The translations under genes and the position numbers were made by a program. From NCBI RefSeq assembly GCF_009914755.1, contig NC_060933.1: a stretch of 64,000 nucleotides of DNA; one strand, given 5' to 3'. The notes beneath the pieces were generated by a model. That model saw only the letters and a list, made by a program, of their open reading frames with translations. It did no database searches and had not been told where the DNA came from. How positions within the stretch are numbered: position 1 is the stretch's first letter; every line of letters begins with the position of its first letter. This DNA is from the human T2T-CHM13v2.0 reference genome, Homo sapiens. Below are positions 42,999 through 55,242 of this stretch, in pieces.

Positions 42999-43400
42999 TG
43001 TTATGGTTTGAATGATGATGTCGCCTCTAAACTCAAGTTGAAAATTAATCCCCAATGTAACAATATTAAATTGTGTTGCTTTGGGGAGATCATTGAGTCA
43101 TGAGAACTCCATCCTTATAAATGGGATTAGCACTCCATAAAAGGGCTTGAGGTTGAAGGGAGCACTTTCTTGCCCTTTTTTCTCTTTTGCCACATGAGGA
43201 CACAACTTTCATCCCCTCCGGAGGATGCAGCAACAACGTACCCTCTTGGAAGCATAGCGTGGGGTTTCACCAGACACCAAATCTGCCAGCACCTTGATCA
43301 TAGACTATTAATCTGCAGAACTGTGAAACGTAAACTTTTGTTGTTTATAAATTACCCAATGTCAGATATTTTGTTTTAGCAGAACAAATGGATAGTGGCA
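42999..43400 (+). mobile_element. MaLR solo LTR (MSTC/MSTD-like)
   Basis: tgttatggtttgaatg...ttaatccccaatg; ttataaatgggattag; caccagacaccaaatctgccagcaccttgat; agaactgtga...tttataaattaccca. Confidence 0.85.
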
Positions 43401-44050
43401 CCCAAAAAAGTGAGTGTGCTGCTAGTAGAAAAGAAAGATCTTTGTCTCTCCTGACCCCACCTCTTGATGTTTTTATCACTGGAGAATATATAGGATTCTC
43501 TGATATAGTTGAGTGATTGCCATAGAGGCAGTTATGAAGTAAAAGAAGTCGTTCAACCTATTTATCAAAGGCCTTGCAAGCTTCTGCTTCAAGGTAGGTG
43601 AATCAATTAGGCAGTATTGAACGGGGAAAGTTAATCTGCATCCAAAGCATTTTACTGCACAAACAAGTTAAATAAAAAATCAAGTGCAGACCAATTGACT
43701 TTACCCCACTGAGGGTGGAATTGAAGGAGAAGGAACCATTCCCTGTCAAAGTCTTGTAATCCTTTCCTACCTCTGCCTTAGACAAGGAGCAGAAAGCACG
43801 TGGGAATAAGAGACTGGGGGTTCCTGACATGTGACAAACAACAATGCAATGGTGATCATTAGCTTGGAGAATTAAAGACTCTTGTGAGTATCACTGCTCT
43901 TTTGGTGACTCAGTAGGACTTTTACCTAGAGGAATGTTTGGGCCAGTGGGCTTCTGTTACAGGGAAATCATTACTTCCAAAGAGTATTTTTTTAATTCTC
44001 TTTGCATATATTCTATTAATTGGGGTTGAGTCTTAGCATCATCTCTGACA

Positions 44051-44093
<43 letters not shown>

Positions 44094-44289
44094 CCGTACC
44101 CTGCACTCAAGCACAGGGTCATCCTTAAATGGGCCATGTTAGCATTTTAGTCACTTTCTCTCATTCTAATTGCCACCCCCTTATTCATATTCTCATGAAC
44201 TCTTGCATAGAATACTACAGGATTATTTAACTATATAATCCTTTTCTAGTGTTTATTCTGTACACTAAAGCTGAATTAGTCTTCAATAT

Positions 44290-44530
44290 GACATAGTGGA
44301 AATAATGCATACTTTGGTGTTAGAGAGACTCTATTTTGTTTCTCTGCTTAGCTATTTAATGACACTAGATCAATTACTTAATTTTTCTGAGCCCCATCTG
44401 TAAAGTGGGGATAAGTTACAGACTGTAACTCACAACATATTTGTGATCAATAAAAGTAGTAGTCTCTGATAAGCATTTAGTACAATGCCTGACACCTAGC
44501 AAGTGCTCGATATATAGAAGCTGCTATTGG
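44290..44530 (+). mobile_element. MIR SINE
   Basis: ttacttaatttttctgagccccatctgtaaagtggggataa...aagcatttagtacaatgcctgacac...agtgctc. Confidence 0.7.
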
Positions 44531-45566
44531 AACACCGTAAGAGTTAGTTGGAAAATGACTTCTTTTCTGATTTTCTCATTGTTCTCTTAAGACTCCATTT
44601 TTCTTGTGAACAGAAGACATTTCTTATTCATCTGGGTATCAACACAAGCATGTGCAGTACAGCACATAAGCAAGCATTTATGCAATTTCATCTATTATAA
44701 TTAAGGAAAAGTCCCAATTTTACTATTTATTTTGCAGTTAAACATAAAGGGTGGGGGGTTTGTTTCCAGATGGGGCAATCGTGTAAACAAAGATGTGGAA
44801 ACAGAGATCAAGGAGTAAAACATAGTAAATATCTACTCTGTGCAAAATCCACCAGCTGTGCCTCAAAAGATAATTTATGTAGGAAATCAATGAGATATAC
44901 TGTGGGAGGGGATTACAGAGAGGGTCCTGGAGGTCCTAGAATGCTAGGCTATGTGTGCATGGCACTGGGGAGCTATCAGGAGTTTCTGAGCAGCGGGAGT
45001 GACTGAACTTGGAAAAAGAAAATGTCCACCCATCTAGGTTGGAAAAAGACAGGGTACAATAGCTTAAGAGCTCAGAACAAATCACCCAATTCTATTTCCC
45101 GAATTGTTCATCTTCTATGGGGCATGATGAATGCTGACTTTAGACTCCTTCCTTTGGTTCTGCCAGCAATTCAGTAGCTTAATCTTTTTCCAATCTCAAC
45201 TGTTGCCTAATAATCTGTTCCAGGCACAGAAATTTCATTAGCTCCTCAATGATGTCCACAGGCTTTGACCATGGATTTCATCTGTTAAACTGCTTTTATT
45301 TTAGCTACTATACAAATTACCCTCTGCCTGAGCAAAAAAAAAAAAAAAAAATAGGGTGGGGTGGGATGCAGGGAGGAGGGAGGAGGGAGTGGAGATAGAG
45401 GAGAAAAGAATGGCTGAAGCCCTTCTGCCCTTCTCAAACAACTTTCTTCTTCTTAAAAATAGATGTCCAAAGGAGAAATTGGATTCTAAAAGTGATGACT
45501 CCATAATGGAGTGACCCCAAATCTTCTAAACGGTAGCTTAAGAGGGGGGTCCCCAGTTATGACCAG

Positions 45567-46022
45567 TTTCATGCGCGTCCGTGTGAAGAGACCACCAAAC
45601 AGGCTTTGTGTGAGCAACGTGGATGTTTATTTCACCTGGGTGCAGGCGGGCTGAGTCCGAAAAGAGAGTCAGAGGAGGGAGATAAGGGTGGGGCTGTTTT
45701 ATAGGATTTGGGTAGGTAAAGGAAAATTACAGCCAAAGGGGGTTTGTTATCTGGCAGGCAGGAGTGGGGGGGTCGCAAGGTGCTCAGTGGGGGGTGCTTT
45801 TTGAGCCAGGATGAGATGGGAAAAGGACTTTCACAAGGTAATGTCATCACTTAAGGCAAGGACCGGCCATTTATACTTCTTTTGTGGTGGAATGTCATCA
45901 GTTAAGATGGGGCAGGGCATATTCACTTCTTTTGTGATTCTTCACTTACTTCAGGCCATCTGGGCTTATATGTGCAAGTCACAGGGGATGTGATGGCTTG
46001 GCTTGGGCTCAGAGGCCTGACA
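45567..46022 (-). repeat. HERV-H 3' LTR (LTR7)
   Basis: Minus strand reads TGTCAGGCCTCTGAGCCCAAGC...GGACGCGCATGAAA; AATAAA at 45626-45631. Confidence 0.97.
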
Positions 46023-46035
46023 TTCCTGCCTTCTT
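46023..46035 (-). other. Polypurine tract of HERV-H
   Basis: Minus-strand TAAGAAGGCAGGAA immediately precedes the TG of the 3' LTR. Confidence 0.85.
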
Positions 46036-46499
46036 ATATTAATAAGAAAAATAAAACAAAATAGTGTCAAAGTGTTGGGGTGGCGAAAATTTTTGGGGGG
46101 TGATATGGAGAGAGAATGGGTGAGGTTTCTCAGGGCTGCTTCAAGCGGGATTAGGGGCGGCGTGGGAACCTAGAGTGGGAGAGATTAAGCTGCAGGGAGG
46201 TCTTGTGGTAAGGGGTGATATTGTGGGGATGTTAGAAGAAACATTTGTCATATAGAATGATTGGTGATGGCCTGGATATGGTTTTGGATGAATTGAGAAA
46301 CCAAATGGAATAACAGAAGGAGAAAAACAGGTATAAAAGGTCTAAGAATTGGGATGACTCAGGATATCTGATTAGAGAGTGCCTAAGGAGATTCAGCATA
46401 GTCCTGCCAGCAAAGATTATTTATTTACTTCAAGAGTTAAGAGTGGCAGTTTGGGGATAGCACCAGGAGATATTAGCTGTGATGGCTTGGGCTATACCC

Positions 46500-48420
46500 T
46501 GTAGCATTCCGAGGACAGGCCTGAATTCTGAGAAGGGAAAGTGGTAAAAGTATTGTCCAGTTCTTTTTAAGTTGGTGGCTGAGCTTGGTGAGGTGTGTTT
46601 TTAAAAGACCTTTAGTCGATTCTACTTTTCTTGAAGATGGAGGACCGTAAGGGATATAAAGGTTTCACTGAATACTAAGAGCCTGAAAAACTGCTTGGCT
46701 GATTTGACTAATAAAGGCTCATCTGTTATCAGATTGTATTGAGGTGGGAAGGCTAAACTGAGGAATTATGTCTGACAGAAGGGAAGAAATGACTGCGGTG
46801 GCCTTCTCAGACCCTGTAGGAAAGGACTCTACCTATCCAGTGAAAGTATCTACCTAGACTAAGAGGTATTTTAGTTATCTGACTCAGGGCATGTTGAGTA
46901 AAGCTAATTTGCCAGTCCTGGGTGGGGCAAATCCTCGAGCTTGATGTGTAGGGAAGGGAGGGGGCCTGAATAATCCCTGAGGAGTAGTAGAATAGCAGAT
47001 GGAACACTGAGAAGTTATTTCCTTGAGGATAGATTTCCACAATGGAAATGAAATGAGAAGTTCTAAGAGGCGGGCTAGTGGCTTGTACTATAGCATAACC
47101 TGCCTTTGCTGGTGTGTGGCAATTAGGCCTGGTGGAACCACCATCAATAAATCAAGCTTGATCAGGGTGAGGAACAGTAAAGAAGGAAATTTGGGGAAAT
47201 GGGGTGAATGTCAGGTGGATCAGAGAGATACAGTCATGGGGGTCAGGTGTGGTATCAGGAATAATGTGGGAGGCCGGATTGAAGTCTGGGCCAGGAACAA
47301 CGGTAATTGTGGGAGACTCAACAAAGAGTGAATATAGCTGAAGGAGCCGGCAAGCAGAAAGTATATGCATCAGGTATGAGGAAGAAAATAGATTTTGGAA
47401 GTTATGAGAACTGTAGAGAGTGAGTTGAGCATAGTTTGTGATTTTGAGGGCCTCTAAAAGTATTAGGGCAATAGCAGCAGCTGCATGGAGACATGATGGC
47501 CAGCCTAAAACAGTAAGGTCAAGTTGTTTGGACAAAAAGGCTACAGGACGCGATCCTGGTCCTTATGTAAGAATTCCGACTGCACAGCCCTGCACTTCGG
47601 CTGTGTGTAATGAAAAGGGTTGGGATGAGTCAGGGAGAGCTAGAGTGGGGGCAGTTTCTAAAGCTGTCTTCAAGGAATGGAAAGAGGAGTGGGGAAAGGA
47701 TTTAGGATCTATGGGGTCAGCTAGGTTTCCTTTTGTGAGCTTATATAATGGTTTTGTTAGGATGGCAAAACCAGGTATCCAAAAGCGAAAGTATCCAACC
47801 ATGCCCAGGAAGGAAAGGAGTTGTTGTTTTGTAGAAGGGGTTGGGGTTTGAGAGATCAGTCAGATATGATTGGCAGGGAGAGCAGTGTGTTTTTATGAGA
47901 ATTATGCCGAGATAGGTAACAGATGAGGAAGAAATTTGGGCTTGATTGAAGTAATGGGGGCTGTCTGTGAAGCTTTGCGGCAGTACAGCCTAGGTAATTT
48001 GCTGAGCTTGATGGGTGTCAGGGTCAGTCCAAGTGAAAGCGAAGAGAGGCTGGGATTAAAGGTGCAAAGGAATAGTAAAGAAAGCATGTTTGAGATCTAG
48101 AACAGAATAATGGGTTGTAGAGGCAGGTATTGAGGATAGGAGAGTATATGGGTTTGGCACTACGGGTGGATAGGCAAAACAATTTGGTTGATAAGGTGCA
48201 GATCCTGAACTAACTTGTAAGGCTTATCTGGTTTTAGGACAGGTAAAATGGGGGAATTGTAAGGAGAGTTTATAGGCTTTAAAAGGCCATGCTGTAGCAG
48301 GCGAGTGATAACAGGCTTTAATCTTTTTAAAGCGTGCTGTGGGATGGGATATTGGCATTGAGTGGGGTAAGGGTGATGAGGTTTTAATGAGATGGTAAGG
48401 GGTGCATGATCGGTTGCCAA
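46500..48420 (-). pseudogene. pol: HERV-H pol remnant (RT/RNase H/integrase fragments, deleted and frameshifted)
   Basis: ORF fragments [21 protein letters not shown] (48160-48420) and GYFRFWIPGFAILTKPLY...APTLALPD (47563-47802); LPQSFTDSP joined directly to AQISSSSVTYLG. Left boundary approximate. Confidence 0.85.
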
Positions 48421-48429
48421 GGAGGGAGT

Positions 48430-48799
48430 AGAGGTATCTTATACTTGTGGGTTAAGGTGGGGGATACAAGAGGAGGATGCAAAGGAGGCTTTGGATTGGG
48501 AAGAAGGGCGGCAATGAGATACAGCTGTAGTCCAGGAATAGTCAGGGAAGCAGATAATTTAGTTAAAGTGTCTCAGCCTAATAAGGGAACTGGGCAGGTG
48601 GGGATAACTAAAAAGAAGTGCTTAAAAGAGTATTGTCTAAGTTGGCACCAGAGTTGGGGAGTTTTAAGAGGTTTAGAAGCCTGGCCGTCAATACCCACAA
48701 CAGTTTTATGGAGGCAAGGGAAACAGGCCCTTGAAAAGAAGGTAATGTGGAGTAGGTAGCCTCCGTATTGATTAAGAAGGGGATGGGCTTACCTTCCAC
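48430..48799 (-). pseudogene. pro: HERV-H protease remnant
   Basis: GKPIPFLINTEATYSTLP, with the aspartyl-protease DTGA motif degenerate (NTEA); frameshifted. Confidence 0.8.
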
Positions 48800-48864
48800 T
48801 GTGAGAGTTACCTGAAGCTCAGCGTCCGTGATGGACCAGGGGGCTTCTGAGGCGATTGGGCAGT

Positions 48865-50030
48865 GTCAGTCTTCAGCTGCTGAGCCGAGAAGATCTGGGA
48901 AGGAGTCAGTCAGAGAGCCTTGGGCCAGAGTTCCAGGGGCTCTGGGAGTCGCTGCCAGGTGAGTTGAACAGTCCGATTTTCAGTGGGGTCCCACACAGAT
49001 GGGACGTGGCTTAGGAGGAATCCCGGGCAGCGGGCATTCCTTGGCCCAGTGGCCAGATTTCTGGCAAGTGTAGCAAGCTCCTGTGGGAGGAGGTTCTGGA
49101 GGAATGCCTGGCCACTGCGGTTCAGGCGTTTGGAAGTTCTCATGTGCTGGAGATGTGGCTGGGGTTTGTCTCACAGTGGAGGCAAGGAATTGCAACTTTT
49201 TTCTATTATTGTACACGTTGAAGGTGAGGTTAATTAAATCCTGTTGTGGGGTTTGAGGGCCGGAATTTAATTTTTGGAGTTTTATTTAATGTCGGTAGCA
49301 GATTGGGTAATAAAATGTATATTGAGAATAAGATGGCCTTTTGACTTTTTAGGGTCTAGGACGGTAAAGTGTCTCAGGGTTGCTGCCAAACAAGTCATGA
49401 ACTGGGCTGGGTTTTTATATTTGATGAAAAAGAGCCTAAACGCTATCTGATTTGGGATAAAGAAAAAGGAGCATTAACCTTGACTATGCCTTTGGCTCCA
49501 GCCACCTTTTTAAGAGTAAATTGCTGGGCAGGTGGGGGAGGGCTAGTCACGGAACGAAACTGTAAGCTGGACCAGGTGTGAGGAGGGGAGGTGATAAAAA
49601 GATTATAGGGTGGAGGAGCGGAGGCTGAGGAAGAATTGGGACCTAGCTCGGCCTGACGAGGAGCAGCCTGGGGAGGAAGGGAGAGGTCAGATGGGTCTGC
49701 AGAAAAGGAAGATTAGAAAGACTCAGCGACGCTTGGGGTTGGTACTGAGGGGACAGGCGGGAGGGAAAGAAGTAAGATTTGGGACGAGTTGCACTGGGCA
49801 CAGAGACTAGGAAGGGACTAATGTGTAAAAGAATGCCTGGATGTCAGGCACCTCAGACCGTTTGCCTATTTTACGACAGGAATTATTTAGATTTTGCAGG
49901 ATGGAAAAATTCAAAGTGCCATTTTCTGGCTATGTGGAACTACTGTCGAGTTTGTATTGGGGTCAAGTGGCATTGCAGAAGAAAAGGCATTTGGGTTTTA
50001 GGTCAGGTGTGAGTTGAAGAGGTTTTAAGT
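48865..50030 (-). pseudogene. gag: HERV-H gag remnant including the nucleocapsid zinc knuckle
   Basis: CYTCQKSGHWAKEC (CX2CX4HX4C) in ORF 48980-49216; multiple stops. Boundaries approximate. Confidence 0.8.
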
Positions 50031-50729
50031 TTTTGAGAACACAGGCTAAGGGAGAAGAAGGAGGAATGGAAGGTGGAAGCTTACCCATAGTGAAGGAGGC
50101 AAGCCCAGAGAAAAGAGTAGAGACATGGAGAAGGGGTGGAGGGTTCTTGCCCTCCAGAAAAGCAGAGAAGGGGTTGGGGCACAGAAATAAGGGATTGGGG
50201 CACAGAGATAAGAGGTCAGGGTGCGGAAATGAGGGATTGGGGCACAGAGATAAGAGGTTGGGGTGTGGATATAAGCGATTGGGGGGTTCTTGCCCCCTAG
50301 GAAAGCGGGACTTGCCGCTAAGGGTGAAGGAGAAGGGGTTGAGGGGTAATTGCCCCTCTCCCAGAAAAGCAGAGAAGGGGTAGAGACAAGGAGAGAAGGG
50401 GTTGAGGTACTTGCCCCTTCCCCAGAAAAGCAGGACTTGCTGCTAAGAGTGAAGGACAAAGGCAGGCGTCCTTGCATGGTCTGACACCCTTGAAACGTGG
50501 GTGAACAATCAGAGAGGCATCCCTGCAATGATCAAACACCAAGGGAAGGCTACCTTCCCAGTCCATGACCGGCGTCAGAGTTTTGGGTCCACGGATAAAA
50601 CGTGTCTCCTTTGTCTCTCCCAGAAAATGAAAGGAATTGAAATTAAGAGAAGGGAGAGATTGAAGAGTGGAAAGGAGAAAGTGGTTGAGGGACAGTGAGA
50701 GAGGTTGGAGAAGAGAGTAAGAAGAGGCC

Positions 50730-50738
50730 ACTTACCTG
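50730..50738 (-). promoter_or_regulatory. HERV-H leader splice donor (CAG|GTAAGT)
   Basis: Plus strand acttacctg, ~125 nt downstream of the PBS; perfect U1 consensus. Confidence 0.8.
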
Positions 50739-50861
50739 ATTTAAAATTGGTGAGATGTTCTTTGGGCTGGTCGGTCTGAGGACCTGAGGTCATAGGTGGA
50801 TCTTTCTCACAGAGCAAAGAACAGGAGTACAGGGGATTGATCTCCCAAGGGAGGTCCCCCG

Positions 50862-50879
50862 ATCCGAGTCACGGCACCA
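50862..50879 (-). other. Primer binding site complementary to tRNA-His
   Basis: Minus strand TGGTGCCGTGACTCGGAT, 2 nt after the 5' LTR. Confidence 0.95.
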
Positions 50880-50881
50880 AA

Positions 50882-51333
50882 TTTCATGCACGTCTGTGTG
50901 AAGAGACCACCAAATAGGCTTTGTGTGAGTAACATGGCTGTTTATTTTACCTGGGTGCAGGCGGGCTGAGTCTGAAAAGAGAGTCAGAGAAGGGAGATAA
51001 GGGTGGGGCCGTTTTATAGGATTTGGGTAGGTAAAGGAAAATTACAGTCAAAGGGGGTTTGTTCTCTGGCAGGCAGGAGTGGGGGTTGCAAGGTGCTCAG
51101 TGGGAGTGTTTTTGAGCCAGGATGAGCTAGGAAAAGGACTTTCACAAGGTAATGTCATCACTTAAGGCAAGGACCGGCCATTTACACTTCTTTTATGGTG
51201 GAATGTCATCAGTTAAGGTGGGGCAGGGCATACTAACTTCTTTTGTGATTCTTCACTTACTTCAGGCCATCTGGGCTTATATGTGCAAGTTACAGGGGAT
51301 GCGATGGCTTGGCTTGGGCTCAGAGGCCTGACA
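50882..51333 (-). promoter_or_regulatory. HERV-H 5' LTR (LTR7), putative promoter directed toward lower coordinates
   Basis: TATAAAA at 51012-51018 (minus); KLF/SP-type GGGTGGGGC at 51001-51009; ACAAAAGA motif in the first U3 block. Confidence 0.95.
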
Positions 51334-52599
51334 ACCAGCATATTTGATTGTTTTATCATCCTGAGAAAACTATATTATACTTGGTATAAATGGAACTGTT
51401 ACTGGTGCTAGAGATGTGGCAAGTATACAGTGGTTTCTGCCAAGTGTCAGAAGTATGGAGACAAAAAGTTAAGGAGGGTGAGAGGATAGAGGAGTCTCAT
51501 TGAAGATCCCCTGGTTAAAACCACTGCCTCATTTCTGTGAACAGCCTACTGAATGATGCTGTCATTTCAGACAGCAGCAGAAAATATATTTTTTGGACAG
51601 CAGGCATTCCTCACAACTTTTCCTCTATAAAGCTTCTTCTAACTTGAAGAGTGAAATGCAACTTACCCATGCGTTCCTATGGCATATCGAACCCCCTTCT
51701 CCTTTAATATCTCTTATCAAAATCCATCACACCACTCATTGCAATATCTGCATTTTCTTCATTTTTATGTTCTTTGAGAGCAAAGGTCAAGTTATATGAG
51801 ATTAACACCAGTGCTATGGGATCAAAAGCTCTCTATTAGCAACATCATAGCTAATGACAGAATTTACTAATTGGTAGCCGAGGAAACCAGAAAAATAGCA
51901 ACAGGCTGAGCCAATTTTGGATTAAATAGCATAATGCATGTAAAGTGACTACTATAGGAACTAGGAGTTGAGTACCTGATGGTGCTGTCACTGGAGCAAG
52001 GGTCATTTTAATGGGCACATTTTAATATATACTGATTTCTGCTATTTGGCAACTTAGTTTAGCTACATACTTGGAAGCTTCTGAGGAAAGAGGTAGTAAC
52101 TTAGGGTGGAATGGGTGCCCTTAGTGTGTTGTTTGCCAGTTTGTTTGTTTATCTGCTTTGAAAATCTAGATTGCAGCTCTCCTTTATCTAAGATCTGATT
52201 GCATTTATAGCACATAAGAAAATAGAGGGCTAATAGTGCTAAGAAAAGACCATACGAGGTCCTCTCTCATTTTGGGTGATGCTTCCATGAAGACATTTAG
52301 AAAAGGTTGACTAAGCACGTGCTTATTTCAGCATTGTGAACTTGCTTTCAAAATATTTCTCATAACCATTTTTTGGATCAGTATTTTCTTTTGAAATAAA
52401 ATGGCAGCCTATGAACTTTTTCAAATAGGTAGTTTGAAATAGATTTCTTTGGGATTTTTCCTGCAGATAGAATTTTTAGCTATAGTGTCTTACACAAAAC
52501 AGACGCCCATCTTTTGATTATGTTATAATCAAACCAATTCTCATGTTTAGAAAGATAACTTTCATTAATAAATTATACAAATAATGTTTTGTATTTTGA

Positions 52600-53114
52600 T
52601 TTTATTTTATTTCTTAGTTTTAAATTGACAGATAAATTGTATGTATTTATTGTGTAAAATATGATGTTTTGAAAAATATATATAGTGGACTAAATCCAGC
52701 TAATTAACATATGCATTACCTCACATCGTTATAATTTTTGTGGTGAGAACACTTAACATCTACTCTCTTGCATTTTTCAAGAATATTTATTATGCAACAA
52801 TAATACAATTCTATATGGTATTTGTGTTATGCAGTATGTCTTTTGAATTTATTCCTTCTATCTAACTGAAATTGTGTATTATTAGAACATTTTCTGATCT
52901 ACACCCACCACAACCATGCCTGCTCCTGTTAACCATTCTACTCTCTCCTTCTATGAGATCAACTTTTTTAGATTCCACATATGAGTGAGACCATGCAGTA
53001 TTTATTTTTCTTTGACTGGCTTATTTCACTTAAAATAATGTCCTCCAGGTTCATTCATGTGGTTGCAAATGACAGGATTCTTTTCAGGATTTTTATGGCT
53101 GAATGGTATTCCAT

Positions 53115-53149
<35 letters not shown>

Positions 53150-55130
53150 CACATTTTTTTATCCATTCATCCACTGATGGACATTTAGGTTGATATCATA
53201 TGATAGCTATTGTGAATAATACTGCAATGAACATGAAAGAGCAGATATATCTTTGGCAGGCTGATTTCATTTCCTTGGATATATACCCAGTAGTGGAGTT
53301 GATATATAGTGGTTCTATTTTTAATTTTTTGAGGAAGCTTCATAATAGTTTTATAAAAGCTGCACTAATTTATATCCACACCAAAAGTTTCCAGGGGTTG
53401 CCTTTTCTCCACATTTTGATCAATCGTTGTTATCTTTCGTCTTTTTATAATAGCCATTCTGACTGGTGTAGGATTATATGTCATTGTGGTTTTAATTTGC
53501 ATTTCTCTGATGATTAATGGTGTTGAGCTTTTTTCATATACTTATTGGCCATTTGTATTCCTACTTTTGAGAAAAGTCTACTCAGGTCCTTTGTCTATTT
53601 TTTAATCAGATTATTTATTTTCTCTCTAATGGATTGTTTACATTCCTTGTATATCTTGAATATCAATGTCTTGTCAAGTGTATAGTTTGCAAATATTTTC
53701 TCTCATCTTGTAGGTTTTCTTCACTCTGTTGATTATTCTCTTTGCTGTGAAGAACCTTTGAGTTTGATGTAATCCTATTTACCTATTTTTGCTTTTGTTA
53801 TGTGTGCTTTTAGGGTCATATTTACAAACTCTTTGCCTAAACCAATGTCATAGAGCTTTCCCTATGTTTTCTTCTAGTAGTTTTATAGTTTTGGATCTTA
53901 CATTTAAATCTTTATCCATTTTGAACTGATTTTTAATATGATGTGAAATAAGGGTCTAATTTTATTCTTCTGTATGTGGACATCCAGTTTTCCCAACATC
54001 ATTTATTAAAGAGACTGTAATTCCCCATTGTGTGTTGTTGGCTACTTGGTGAAAAATGCATGAATTTGTTTCTGAGCTCTCTATTCTGTTTCATTGGTCT
54101 AAGTGTCAGTTTTTTTATGCCAGTATCATGCTGTTTGGGTTACTCTAGCTTTGTAATATATTTTGAAGTCAGGTAGTGTAATATTTCTAGCTTTCTTCTT
54201 TTCACTTAAGATTGCTTTGGCTACTTAGGGTCTTTTGTTGTTCCATACAAGTTTTACGGTTGCTTTTTCTACTTCTGTGAAGAATGTCATTGGTATTTTG
54301 ATAGGAATTATGTTGAATCTGTAGATCACATTGAGTCATATGGATATTTAAAAAATATTCATTCTTTCAATCCACAAACATATTTTCCCACTCTGTGTCT
54401 TTTCCCATTTCTTTCATCAATGTTTTATAGATTTCAGTGTACAGATAATTCACCTCCTTTATTAAATTTATTCCTAAGTATTTTATTTTTGAAGCTATTT
54501 TAAATGAGATTGTTTTCTTAATTTCTTTTTCAAATAGTTTGTTGTTGATATATATATAGAAATGCTGCTAAATTTACATGTTGATTTTGTATCCTAAAAC
54601 TTTACTTGATTATCTGTTCTAAAATATTTAGGTGGAGTCTTTAGGGTTTTCTATACATAACAATAATTTTGTCTGCAAACAATTTAACTTCTCACTTTTC
54701 AATATTTGTGGCTTTTATTTACTTAACTTGCCGAATTGCTCTGGCTAGGATTTCCAGTATCATGTTGAATAAAACTGGTGAGAATGGGCATCTTTGTCTT
54801 GTTCCAGATCTTAGAGAAAAAGCTTTCAAGTTTTCCCTATGAAGTGTAAAGTTAGGTGGTTTGGTCACATGTGGTCTTTGTTGTGTTGAGGTACATTTCT
54901 TCCATGGCTAATTCGAGGGCTTTTATTTTAACAATATGTTGGAATTTGTCTTTATCTGCCTCCATTGAAATGATCATATAGCTTTTGCCCTTTATTCTAT
55001 TAATGTGGTGTATCACATTTATTTATTTGTGGATGTTCAACTACCCCTGCATCTCTGGGATGAGTCTCGGTTGATGATGGTGAGTGATCTTTCTAATGTC
55101 CTGTTGAATCAGGTTTGATAATATTTTCTT
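52600..55130 (-). mobile_element. Old L1MA (L1MA6-9-like) 3' portion; host of the nested insertions
   Basis: 3' end cagctaattaacatatgcattacctcacat; degenerate ORF2-like T-rich strand; continues after 61559. Confidence 0.85.
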
Positions 55131-55242
55131 TTTTTATTATTATTATACTTTAAGTTGTAGGGTACATATGCAAAACGTGCAGATTTGATACATAGGTATA
55201 CATGTGGCATGTTGGTTTGCTGCACCTATCAACTTGCCATTT

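Larger units (their letters stand above)
45567..51333 (-). mobile_element. HERV-H provirus (LTR7-HERVH-int-LTR7), common internally deleted ~5.8-kb form
   Basis: Two ~455-bp LTRs, tRNA-His PBS, PPT, gag/pro/pol remnants; 5-bp TSD ACCAG at 45562-45566 and 51334-51338. Confidence 0.98.

Noticed and set aside
46023-46500. HERV-H env gene
   Set aside because: Only a short non-coding remnant fits between pol and the 3' LTR; there is no env ORF.
50140-50460. Tandem-like repeats (ggggcacagagataag; ccagaaaagcagagaagggg) in the HERV-H leader as a novel array
   Set aside because: Internal repeats in the pre-gag region are a usual feature of HERV-H.
45567-51333. Naming this as a specific known HERV-H locus (e.g. 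ESRG, LINC-ROR, LINC00678, HERVH-CALB1)
   Set aside because: I cannot recognise the flanks, and no diagnostic exons are visible. A genome alignment is needed.
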